Notes under the pieces: generated by a model
What the model saw: only the letters and a program-made list of their open reading frames with translations
Told to the model about the DNA's origin: nothing
The model's database searches: none
Position numbers and translations under genes: made by a program
In this document: in pieces, positions 46,267 through 54,833 of the stretch
Position numbering within the stretch: position 1 is the first letter of the stretch
How the letters are laid out: every line of letters begins with the position of its first letter
IMG/VR virus record: IMGVR_UViG_3300033233_000048
Span: 1-56,034 of that record
From: a virus
Lineage: Duplodnaviria; Caudoviricetes
Direction: 5' to 3' (one strand)
DNA length: 56,034 nucleotides

Positions 46267-46631
46267 TATCTTCCTAACCTCCAGTAGATCGGCCCGGTAA
46301 AACAATGTTGGAGATATATGCAGAGGCCGCCCGACAGATCCCAAATCCGGCCTTCAACGTAGGGACCTCGATCGATAACAGGAACCGTTTTCTGTTCTCC
46401 TTTCCATCTGAAAGTAACGAGAGTTCCACACGGTAGCGTCCGATGCGCGACTCCGAAGATCCTTTTGGTATAGGCTTGTCCACAAGCGGTGTGATTTCCG
46501 TAGAATCCAGGACCATACCACGAGATTTCTTTATCGTAGTTCCATCCTTTCTCAACTGAATGCTGGCTGAAGATTGTTGTGATAATAAGTAAGAGATATG
46601 TTATCCATTTAGAGATTTCATCTAATATCAC
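46266..46631 (-). CDS. RlpA-like double-psi beta-barrel protein with N-terminal membrane anchor
   Basis: SWYGPGFYGNHTACG, VAHRTLPCGT, VIDRGPY..GRIWDLS. Confidence 0.85.
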   Translation of the reverse strand: MILDEISKWITYLLLIITTIFSQHSVEKGWNYDKEISWYGPGFYGNHTACGQAYTKRIFGVAHRTLPCGTLVTFRWKGEQKTVPVIDRGPYVEGRIWDLSGGLCIYLQHCFTGPIYWRLGR

Positions 46632-47157
46632 CCTTCAAGTATCCTCGTACGATTTCAAATAGTTCTAGTATGTTTGAGTTCCATTTATAGTGAATGAACC
46701 TCTTCCCATACCAATTCATTTCTGAAGACATCACTTCATCGTAAAGTTCCACGAGTTGAATGAATCGATCTTCAACTCCTTCCATCTGATCTTTAGTTTT
46801 GATACCAAGGCGTAATTCATCAGTCGTCGGACGAACATAGATCAATAAGGCGGAGGTTCTAAGAAACCACAGGATATTGTTGATGAGTGGTGGTTCAGCA
46901 GTAATACGGCCCCTAAGTACTGGCCCATAAACGAGTTCTGAATAAAAGAATCTGTCATGGATAGGAATTATATCCGATTCTTCTCGATCCATTTGTTGGG
47001 GCCACCATACACTGAAATCCTGTTCTGGACCAAGTTCATTACGAATCAGCTCTAATTGTGGAAATCCTCTCATCAACTTATGAACAAGAGTAGTTTTTCC
47101 GCTACCATCCACTCCTTCAACAATGATTCTTTTCTCTTGTCTAAGTGGGCTGATCAA
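46618..47157 (-). CDS. dNMP (thymidylate-like) kinase
   Basis: IIVEGVDGSGKTT, HDRFFYSELVYG.VLRG. Confidence 0.85.
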   Translation of the reverse strand: MISPLRQEKRIIVEGVDGSGKTTLVHKLMRGFPQLELIRNELGPEQDFSVWWPQQMDREESDIIPIHDRFFYSELVYGPVLRGRITAEPPLINNILWFLRTSALLIYVRPTTDELRLGIKTKDQMEGVEDRFIQLVELYDEVMSSEMNWYGKRFIHYKWNSNILELFEIVRGYLKGDIR

Positions 47158-47181
47158 AGTCTAACCTCCCTGTATTGGTAT

Positions 47182-47210
47182 ATTATAAGGCATCTTGGTA
47201 TCCCTGTAAA
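47182..47210 (-). promoter_or_regulatory. Sigma70-type promoter for the nucleotide-metabolism/pol operon
   Basis: TTTACA-17 bp-TATAAT, then a GGGAGG RBS. Confidence 0.75.
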
Positions 47211-47213
47211 GGG

Positions 47214-48692
47214 TCAGTTTTCAAGAAGAATATGGGGATTATGAAGTACAGCTTCTGCGATACTTCCCTTCTCTTTTAGTACTTTCAACACTACAGAATC
47301 TATAGTTCGTGGAGCCACGAGATGATAGTATGTAACTTTCCTAGTTTGACCGATACGATGAAGTCTGTCTTGCGCTTGCCAATAGTTTCCTGCATTATAG
47401 TCAAGACTGTAAAAGATACACACATCCGCCGGTGTAAGATCAATACCAAGGCTTCCCGCTTGAATTTGGCTAATGAATACTTTAAGACTACTATCTTCAT
47501 GGAATCTCTCTACTAAACTGTCTCTGTCCCGGGAGGGGACACTTCCAGACAGTATTGCATAGTCGATTTTACGCTCACCAAGTTTCTGTGCAATTCGATC
47601 AATATCCAATCTGAATCGAACAAAGATGACAACTTTGTGATCTTCTTCCAATAGATCGTCAACCAGATCCATGCAAGTATTAAGCTTAGAACTATCCAAG
47701 ATTCGAATTTGTCCTTCCACATCTTTAATGAACCCAGATGTAATCTGGGAAAGTCGAAGAAGTTTGACCAGAACGATTGCTGCGGTGGCATGAGTATCTT
47801 CAATCTCTACAATCATCTCTTCAGCCATCTTCTTATAGATTCCCTGTATTCTGTCTGGAAGTGTGATAGGGACAGTTTCAAACAGTTTAGGTGGGAGATC
47901 TAGACACTGTTCCTTCTTGATTCTGTATGAGTTTTCTCTGACTTTAGTGACAAGTTGTTTAAGATTACGGTAACCACGAAGTTGATATCTACCGAACCCA
48001 CCCCAGATCCCATAAGTGAATTTGAAATGGAACCAATTAGTTCCAAAAATTTCAGGCTTCATCGCACGGAACTGACCAAAGATATCTAGTGGTGATTTAG
48101 TGATCGCAGTTCCAGTCAGGAGCATCCGCATTCTTGCAGCTTGTCCAATACGAAATGCTGAACGACTCTGTTTAGAACTCGGACTCTTTAACCTGTGGGA
48201 CTCATCGAAAACAACAATATCTGGTTTCCAACGAATTAAGAGTTCTTCGATTGAAGGACCTCTAACAGGCGAGCGCCAGGTCCCTTCATAGTTGATAATA
48301 AGATAAGTGACATACTCATTGCTATGAGGATCTCGTTGGATTCTCCTGATGGCGGTAGCTCTACTCGAAGTAGAACCTTCGAGTCGGAAAATCCGAGTGG
48401 GCGCACCTGAATGTTGACGAATCTGTCTGGGCCACACTCCAAGAACAGAGAGTGGGGCAATAATGAGAACTCGTCTAACGTTATCATTGTAGAATCCGAT
48501 TCCTGCCCAATCAATTACAACTTTCGTCTTTCCTGTTCCCATCTCCATCAGGAGCCCACCACTCCCGTTCAAATCAAAAAGTTTCCGCAGGGCTTTCTTT
48601 TGATGGGAGAAAGGTTCAGTCTTATATGTATATTTAAGCTTATTCGGCCGCTCGAGGATCACGGTCCCCTTCTGTGTATGTTTGATTCTCAT
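47214..48692 (-). CDS. SNF2-family helicase
   Basis: MEMGTGKT, FDESH, LLTGT, GIDLT, QAQDRLHRIGQ; start at 48692 inferred. Confidence 0.9.
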   Translation of the reverse strand: MRIKHTQKGTVILERPNKLKYTYKTEPFSHQKKALRKLFDLNGSGGLLMEMGTGKTKVVIDWAGIGFYNDNVRRVLIIAPLSVLGVWPRQIRQHSGAPTRIFRLEGSTSSRATAIRRIQRDPHSNEYVTYLIINYEGTWRSPVRGPSIEELLIRWKPDIVVFDESHRLKSPSSKQSRSAFRIGQAARMRMLLTGTAITKSPLDIFGQFRAMKPEIFGTNWFHFKFTYGIWGGFGRYQLRGYRNLKQLVTKVRENSYRIKKEQCLDLPPKLFETVPITLPDRIQGIYKKMAEEMIVEIEDTHATAAIVLVKLLRLSQITSGFIKDVEGQIRILDSSKLNTCMDLVDDLLEEDHKVVIFVRFRLDIDRIAQKLGERKIDYAILSGSVPSRDRDSLVERFHEDSSLKVFISQIQAGSLGIDLTPADVCIFYSLDYNAGNYWQAQDRLHRIGQTRKVTYYHLVAPRTIDSVVLKVLKEKGSIAEAVLHNPHILLEN

Positions 48693-48849
48693 TAAGGAAC
48701 TGTCGGCCACAGTATGGGATACCACCACTGGAAGATTTGTTGTGAATGAAACCCTGTTTAGTTTCTCCCTTTCCCCAAACCTTTTCTGGATCAGGGGGTT
48801 CTTTAACTTCTTGATCGCAATACAAACACCGTCGAATCTCATTTGCCAC
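48640..48849 (-). CDS. Small CxxC protein
   Basis: GGAG RBS; GTG start; CLYC..YC. Confidence 0.5.
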   Translation of the reverse strand: MANEIRRCLYCDQEVKEPPDPEKVWGKGETKQGFIHNKSSSGGIPYCGRQFLNENQTYTEGDRDPRAAE

Positions 48850-49264
48850 GTAATCTTCTCCTAATAACTTCTTCACTCTTGAGTTCAGCCCGACCCTCAA
48901 ACCTCAATACCATATCAAGATTATACTTCCTAACATAGTAGTTATGGATACTGATAGTACAGACAGGGCATCTCCATAGAATGGGGCTTCTAGTGCCATC
49001 AGAGCCTTCAATAGAAGTTTCTTGGAATTCCACCCACTTCAAACAGTAAGGGCACCAGAGCATTCCTAGCACTGGTGCTTGTCGTTTATCTTTCGGAGGA
49101 GCGAATGCCTTCCGTTGCGAAACTATACGAACTGACTTGGAGCCAGTTCTCTGCAGACGTTTCCCAAAATCTACAGCGCCTGAGTCTTTGGGAGAATCTC
49201 CTTCAAACTTCCGGACTAACTTCTTACCATCCTTGAACCAGATCACCTTCCACCCGTTGACCAT
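48839..49264 (-). CDS. Zn-ribbon protein
   Basis: AGGAGG RBS; WCPYC..RCPVC. Confidence 0.7.
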   Translation of the reverse strand: MVNGWKVIWFKDGKKLVRKFEGDSPKDSGAVDFGKRLQRTGSKSVRIVSQRKAFAPPKDKRQAPVLGMLWCPYCLKWVEFQETSIEGSDGTRSPILWRCPVCTISIHNYYVRKYNLDMVLRFEGRAELKSEEVIRRRLRGK

Positions 49265-49350
49265 CCAACCCTCCTGATGATGCGACCACACTCTGGGAGA
49301 GGATAGAACTCGGGGGGAGAGTACTACCCCGCGAGTGTGGTCGCAATACT

Positions 49351-49435
49351 ATAATATGACATCTTAGAACCTTTGTCAAGGTAGAGTTTCGACCAAATCT
49401 CACCCCTTGACAAAGGTTTTGAGACAATATATAAT
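49351..49435. promoter_or_regulatory. Back-to-back divergent class B promoters
   Basis: - strand TTGACA(49379)-17-TATTAT; + strand TTGACA(49407)-17-TATAAT; both begin CCTTGACAAAGGTT. Confidence 0.9.
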
Positions 49436-49522
49436 AGAGTTTAGGACAAGGCGACGGGCATGGGCACAACATCTCATCGCCTTGTCCACCGATGACTATA
49501 TGGTCCACGCACGAGGTAAGAA

Positions 49523-49741
49523 ATGGCGAAAATCTATTCAGCACGAAAGGCCGGCGTAATTCTCGGGATTCCACATCTTGAAGTTATTCGCCGAATCCAC
49601 AAGGGAGATATCAAGGCCAGGAAGCTCGACTGGAACTGGTTGATTACCGATGAGGCGATTGAAGAAGCCAAACAGAGTGACTGGTATAAGCGGCGGATCG
49701 AACGACAGGGACACCGAGAAGTTACTTCAGCTACCTCGTAA
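49523..49741 (+). CDS. HTH_17/excisionase-like DNA-binding protein
   Basis: YSARKAGVILGI...VIRRIHKGDIKARK...WLI. Confidence 0.8.
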   Translation: MAKIYSARKAGVILGIPHLEVIRRIHKGDIKARKLDWNWLITDEAIEEAKQSDWYKRRIERQGHREVTSATS

Positions 49742-49753
49742 TTCCATATTCTG

Positions 49754-51685
49754 ATGGAAGAACGGGTCGTGCGGCTGCTTTCCGCCGTGTGGGGTGGTCG
49801 ATCTGGGTATGTGTTCTTACCATATAAATCGCAAGATGACATTTGGCATGAAACACCTGGTATTCCATATAGTGGTTCTTTACCAAGGCTAAACATCACT
49901 CAACACGTAGACCAATACTTTTGTCCAGTAGTATTCAGCAAACCACATAGGAAGAAAGAATATGCCCTACCTGCGGATTTTCTCTGGGCAGATCTTGATC
50001 CTGTCCACCCAGATCAGTGTAGACTCCGCCCGTCTGTTGCTTGGGAATCAAGCCCAGGTCGGTATCAGGCTCTCTGGTTCCTTACTAATGAAGTCGCTCC
50101 AGAAGAAGCCGCTGCCCTCTCTAAACGGATCGCTTATGCTGATGGGGGAGACAAAGGCGGATGGGATCTTACCCAAGTTTTACGGCTCCCTGGAACCCAT
50201 AACTTTAAGTATGAAACTGCTCCAGAAGTTCGACTCCTTTGGGCCAAATCTAGATCATATGCCGTCGAAGAAATCAAAGGGGCGTATCCACCGGTCAATG
50301 GAGAAACACCTTCAGAAGTTAGTGAATCTTGGCCGGAAGTAGATGAATCAATCATTCAGTCGGCTATTTCATCATTGCCGATTGGATATCGTCGGCGTCT
50401 CATGCAAGATACCGCAGGCGCTGACCGTTCTTTAGAATTACAGAAGTTGACACGGGACTTGGTACGCTTCGGCGTAGCCCACGAGATCGTTCTTCTCATC
50501 ATCCAACGAAGTACTTGGAACAAATTTCATAACCGAGCTGATGAGAAACTACAACTTCAGAAACAATTATCATCTGCCATAGTTGCAGTCGAGGCAAGAG
50601 CTAAGAAACCCAAAGCAGAAGCTCCTCAGCTAGAACAGATTGAAGACATGAGAGTTCACCATTGGGCGGACTTCATGCAGATTCCTACTCATTTGAGGTG
50701 GTTAATTGATGACTCTTGGGTTGACGGGTCCGTGGGGTTTATTTCAGGAAGAAGTAAATCCTATAAGACTTGGATTGCGCTTGATCTTGCACTCTCTCTT
50801 GTGTCAGGGGTTCCATTCCTTGGTAGGTATTCAGTCAGGAAAACTGGTCCTGTATTACTCATCCAGGAAGAGGATCCGGCGTCTGTTCTTCAAGAACGTT
50901 TAAGACTGATTGGTAAAACTAAGGGAATGCTTCCCAAAGTAGTGGAAGCTCGTTCTGACTTCGTCAAGGTAGAGTATCCGGATTATCCACTTCATATCAT
51001 CAACTTGCAGAGCTTCAGTTTAGGTTCCACAGAGAAAGTGGCTCAGGTTAGAAAGTTAATAGCAGAGATCAATCCGGTGATGGTAATCCTCGACCCCCTG
51101 ATCGTAATGCTCGGTCAAGGGGTCGATGAGTATAAGGCGAATGAAGTTTCAGCCGTTCTCCAATCAGTTAAGATGTGGCGAGAAGAGTTCGGTTGTTCAG
51201 TTCTGATTGTGCATCACTGGAATAAAGGAAAAACTGAAGAGGGGGAACAATTCGCTCAACATATGTATGGATCATTCGCCTTCCACGCTTGGCTAGAGAG
51301 TGCTTTACATGTGATGCCAGTCATTGAGGAAGAACAAGAACGTATTGACACAGTGATTGTAGAGAGAGAATTCAAAGCTGCACCATCTGGACAGAGTTTG
51401 AAACTACGATTCGCTATTGATTCTGTGAAAGAATACAGTTACTCAGTTGTATTTGAAGATGACATTCGTGTTGGATCAAAAGAACAAGTCATCCTTGATA
51501 TGATTACTCAAGCCGGAGCCTCTACTACACCAGAGATCGTCGCAGCCACAGGGTTCAGACGCCCAGATGTGGTAGAGATGGCTGGAAGGCTCGTTAGGGC
51601 GAAACTCTTGATGGGACGGAAGGGCGGAGGTCGGAATAACCCAACAGTCTACTGGCTTCCTGATCAGAAAGCTCCATCTAGTTGA
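49754..51685 (+). CDS. Primase-helicase: RepB-like primase, AAA_25 helicase and C-terminal wHTH
   Basis: LWADLD, ESSPGRYQALW, VLRLPGTHN; GRSKSYKT, LIQEED, VILDPL, IVHHWNK. Confidence 0.88.
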   Translation: MEERVVRLLSAVWGGRSGYVFLPYKSQDDIWHETPGIPYSGSLPRLNITQHVDQYFCPVVFSKPHRKKEYALPADFLWADLDPVHPDQCRLRPSVAWESSPGRYQALWFLTNEVAPEEAAALSKRIAYADGGDKGGWDLTQVLRLPGTHNFKYETAPEVRLLWAKSRSYAVEEIKGAYPPVNGETPSEVSESWPEVDESIIQSAISSLPIGYRRRLMQDTAGADRSLELQKLTRDLVRFGVAHEIVLLIIQRSTWNKFHNRADEKLQLQKQLSSAIVAVEARAKKPKAEAPQLEQIEDMRVHHWADFMQIPTHLRWLIDDSWVDGSVGFISGRSKSYKTWIALDLALSLVSGVPFLGRYSVRKTGPVLLIQEEDPASVLQERLRLIGKTKGMLPKVVEARSDFVKVEYPDYPLHIINLQSFSLGSTEKVAQVRKLIAEINPVMVILDPLIVMLGQGVDEYKANEVSAVLQSVKMWREEFGCSVLIVHHWNKGKTEEGEQFAQHMYGSFAFHAWLESALHVMPVIEEEQERIDTVIVEREFKAAPSGQSLKLRFAIDSVKEYSYSVVFEDDIRVGSKEQVILDMITQAGASTTPEIVAATGFRRPDVVEMAGRLVRAKLLMGRKGGGRNNPTVYWLPDQKAPSS

Positions 51686-51710
51686 CAAACCGACTGAGAT
51701 TATATATAAT
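51682..51710 (+). promoter_or_regulatory. Sigma70-type promoter, class A
   Basis: TTGACA-aaccgactgagattata-TATAAT. Confidence 0.9.
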
Positions 51711-51762
51711 AGAAAGACTGGACGGACGCATGGACCGTCAAAAGAAGAGAAGGAGAGGCGGT

Positions 51763-52047
51763 TTGTTAACAGCTATGATGGAACGACAAGTAGATGTTAA
51801 ATCTCTACTTAAATCAGTCAGAGAGATAGAAGATAAAACTGTCTTAATTGCAGTAGCTGGTAACAATGGATATGATGATGAGATAATTACTGCTCTTATT
51901 CTCGCTTTCGTAGAGAATGGAGAAGACCCAGAACGACAAATTGTTGTCCCTGACCTTCTGTGGGCTGGAGCTTTACTTGATCATCTTGATACTCAAGGAT
52001 TTGAGATAACGAGGAAAAAGCTTAAGAGGCCCGAGAATGACCGATGA
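51763..52047 (+). CDS. Hypothetical protein (start 51763 or 51775)
   Basis: AGGAGAGG RBS after the promoter. Confidence 0.65.
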   Translation: MLTAMMERQVDVKSLLKSVREIEDKTVLIAVAGNNGYDDEIITALILAFVENGEDPERQIVVPDLLWAGALLDHLDTQGFEITRKKLKRPENDR

Positions 52048-52264
52048 ATTTGTCACTAAAGAAGAATTTACCAAGTTCCGCAGAATATTGATAAGACATC
52101 TCGACAAACGATTCGGCGAAGTATTCGAAAAGATGGCTGAGTACGATGATGCCGAAACACGAGTAGCTGATGAAGCCATGGAGAAAGCAGACCGAGCAGT
52201 TCGCCTTGGACGAAGAATTGAGAAGAAGTTGAATGAACATATGAGCGATCACACAGATGTCTGA
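52037..52264 (+). CDS. Hypothetical coiled-coil protein
   Basis: Operon context; FVTKEEF. Confidence 0.65.
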   Translation: MTDEFVTKEEFTKFRRILIRHLDKRFGEVFEKMAEYDDAETRVADEAMEKADRAVRLGRRIEKKLNEHMSDHTDV

Positions 52265-52556
52265 AGGCCGATCTCTTCGAGGTCTCATAGAAGATCCAAG
52301 TACTCATCTTATTACTCGAATGCATATCGCGGTAGTAAGTAGTGCTTACCCAACTCAGAACTTGTTTGCTGCTAATATGGCAGGTTTCGAAGAGGGATTA
52401 GCATTAGCCCTCGCCAGCCCAATGCTCGCGAAGCGAATTCTTGGAGATTTTTTAAATCATCAACCTGAAGCTTTCACAACTGACCTGGCTCTCCAAATTG
52501 ACGATTATGTTAAACTCTGGGATGAAGAAAAGAATAGATCTAATGGACATATTTGA
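52257..52556 (+). CDS. Hypothetical protein
   Basis: Operon context. Confidence 0.6.
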   Translation: MSEGRSLRGLIEDPSTHLITRMHIAVVSSAYPTQNLFAANMAGFEEGLALALASPMLAKRILGDFLNHQPEAFTTDLALQIDDYVKLWDEEKNRSNGHI

Positions 52557-52630
52557 ACTCACAGAGGTAGTAGTTCTAGTGACTATTCTTTTAGTTCTTA
52601 TCATGATCATGAAGGATAACATCTCTAGCC

Positions 52631-52816
52631 ATGAATGATAAACTTGATACAAAGTATCGTGGAAGAACCTCAGAGGCTCCACTTCATACAGTTGGAGTAG
52701 ATACAGAAGTTTATCGCCTGATTCTGCAACGTCGGAATGAGCTACGGAATGATTTCTATCCAGAGAAGATAACTATGGGCCAGGCTTTGAGAAGCATGCT
52801 GAAGATGTCATGGTAG
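52631..52816 (+). CDS. Hypothetical protein, possibly ribbon-helix-helix-like
   Basis: TVGVDTEVYRLI...ITMGQALRSML. Confidence 0.5.
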   Translation: MNDKLDTKYRGRTSEAPLHTVGVDTEVYRLILQRRNELRNDFYPEKITMGQALRSMLKMSW

Positions 52817-53490
52817 AGATAGATTACACTCAACTGTGGCAAGAAGAATATGGTCCACACGCGAGAGAAAGAGATCCAAGAGATAAAGATAGGAGGAATT
52901 ACTTGGGCGATGATCATGTGAACCCATTGATGAGGCCGACGGTTCAGAAACTTTACAATAAACTCTGGTCAATGAAGATTCTTCATGATCAGGATAACAG
53001 AGTTCATATCCTCCAACGCCTGGCTGTGGAGCTAGATCCGCCACATCTTGCAGAATTGATCTGGCAATTGCAAGGTCGGCTCTACTACAAGCTGGGTTAT
53101 ATCTCTACAGCTGAGGAAAAAGGATGGCCAGTACTCCACTTTGGAGATGCTAAATGGCCGTGGCAGTGGGGGGAAGAGCCTAAGCTTCCATTGGCGGAGC
53201 CCCTAGTTTCTGATGGCGGCGCCCATGTTGAAGTCATTGGAACAGATCTCACTGGATCAGTTGATCTAGAAGCTGGTATCAAGAATGGTTTACTCAATAT
53301 CATCAAGGAACATACTCCAATATTCGGCGCACAGAAAGTAGTTTGTTATTGTGATAAAGAATATCATGGGCGAGTAGAATGGGCTAATCATCTCCGAGTT
53401 AAGATTTGGAGTTACTTGGAAAATGAATCCATTGTCGGATTGGAAAGATCCGTGCCCGAGATGCGGACGACCGAAGTCAATCAAAGCTGA
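52810..53490 (+). CDS. Hypothetical protein
   Basis: 226-aa ORF in the early arm. Confidence 0.7.
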   Translation: MVEIDYTQLWQEEYGPHARERDPRDKDRRNYLGDDHVNPLMRPTVQKLYNKLWSMKILHDQDNRVHILQRLAVELDPPHLAELIWQLQGRLYYKLGYISTAEEKGWPVLHFGDAKWPWQWGEEPKLPLAEPLVSDGGAHVEVIGTDLTGSVDLEAGIKNGLLNIIKEHTPIFGAQKVVCYCDKEYHGRVEWANHLRVKIWSYLENESIVGLERSVPEMRTTEVNQS

Positions 53491-53834
53491 TGTTTGTATC
53501 GTATGTTATAAGGAGAAGAGAAATGGTAGAACCTATCCAAAGTCGTGAAGTTTTTGGAAATGTCTCTGCTTCATTAGGAGATGCACCAATTCATACAGCG
53601 AATGGTCATAAACAATGCGCCTATTACATTCCTCCACCTGAACTATCAGATGATCCAATTACTGAATCAAAGTGGCTACAGTGCCCACATGGACGAGAAG
53701 CTGATGGGGCTTTCTATTCCGAAGACTACATCAAAGAGTTGAAATTAGCCTGCCATAGACTACTTCATGAACTTGATACAAGTCGATCATTCACTACAAC
53801 AGCCGTTGAAGACGTTAGAAAGTTGACAGTCTAA
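53490..53834 (+). CDS. Hypothetical protein
   Basis: TGATG coupling. Confidence 0.6.
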   Translation: MFVSYVIRRREMVEPIQSREVFGNVSASLGDAPIHTANGHKQCAYYIPPPELSDDPITESKWLQCPHGREADGAFYSEDYIKELKLACHRLLHELDTSRSFTTTAVEDVRKLTV

Positions 53835-54055
53835 TGGATACTAGAACTGGTGAGATTCGTCAACTCAAGAATGGTGAAGAACCAAAGGAAGATGAAGTCG
53901 AACTCACTAATGAACAACTAGAAGAAAGCATCAATCTAAGTCCACAGGAGAGAGTAGCCTGGTGGGCTGGAAGAGTACGGGGTAAGGATCGAAAAGCCGC
54001 TCATCGTGGTCAACATGCGAAAGCAAAGATGAAGAGACGAGCTAAGAAGAGATGA
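53834..54055 (+). CDS. Hypothetical protein with basic C-terminus
   Basis: MDTRTGEI; TAATG coupling. Confidence 0.65.
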   Translation: MDTRTGEIRQLKNGEEPKEDEVELTNEQLEESINLSPQERVAWWAGRVRGKDRKAAHRGQHAKAKMKRRAKKR

Positions 54056-54263
54056 ACAGACAGCTATTATCTCCGAAAGAATTAGCCGTTCTCGCCGCTT
54101 TTATGGGCGTCTGAGTGATCAAAGTGAAGTAGCCCATTCTCTCCATATGTCTCTACATACTGTGAAAAATCATCTATCTACTATCTATGCTAAACTGGGT
54201 GTTTATAAGAATATTGATGCTTTTCGAGTTGTTGGTTGGCTTAAAATCCCAGAAGAATTATAA
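54052..54263 (+). pseudogene. LuxR-type HTH gene interrupted by a frameshift at a T4 run
   Basis: Frame 0 reads MNRQLLSPKELAVLAAFMGV* (TGA 54112). The -1 frame continues YGRLSDQSEVAHSLHMSLHTVKNHLSTIYAKLGV to TAA 54263. Confidence 0.75.
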
Positions 54264-54436
54264 TGGCTGACTTCTGTATCTGTGATGCACAACTACAACC
54301 ACATGATCGTATGCCGTGGGTTTGTCCCCTTCCTGAAGACTTTTCATGGATCACTGCCAGCCGTGAACTCAGGCATGAAGCAGCTGAACGAATTCTGTTG
54401 AACGAACCAGAAGAGATGGAGAGAATTGATGGCTAG
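54263..54436 (+). CDS. Small hypothetical protein (57 aa, not in ORF track)
   Basis: TAATG coupling; MADFCICDAQ. Confidence 0.5.
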   Translation: MADFCICDAQLQPHDRMPWVCPLPEDFSWITASRELRHEAAERILLNEPEEMERIDG

Positions 54437-54446
54437 AGCAGTATGA

Positions 54447-54833
54447 ATGAGTATTATGATGGCTATTATCATAGTTGATGAAAAATTACGTCAGCTCACA
54501 TTTCGTATCAATTCTGATGGACGAACTGTTAGATCTCAGGATTTGATCATTGATCGAGCTGATATAGAACGTGAAGCTATCGAGCGCCGAAATGCTGAAG
54601 CCGATGCGATCCTCGACCAGCCAGATGTTCAAGCAGCGATGAAAGCATTCATTGCCAAGAAGGAAGCGAAGTTAGTGGCTGAGGCTGTTGTTCGCGTCCT
54701 TCGCGAGCTGGCCGACGAGGTGGCGGGGCTTCATGATGATTACAACAAGACGGGCGAGTCCGGTTGGATTGGGCGTTCTGACGTGATTGGCCTCATCGCC
54801 GCGAAGGCCGAAGTCGAAGGAATGACGTTGTGA
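54447..54833 (+). CDS. Hypothetical mosaic protein
   Basis: Carries a 34-aa module also present in the next gene; GC content shifts within the gene. Confidence 0.65.
   Translation: MSIMMAIIIVDEKLRQLTFRINSDGRTVRSQDLIIDRADIEREAIERRNAEADAILDQPDVQAAMKAFIAKKEAKLVAEAVVRVLRELADEVAGLHDDYNKTGESGWIGRSDVIGLIAAKAEVEGMTL

Noticed and set aside
48693-48842. N-terminal extension of the SNF2 ORF to 48842
   Set aside because: An overlapping CxxC ORF with its own RBS (48640..48849) explains the region better. The start remains uncertain.
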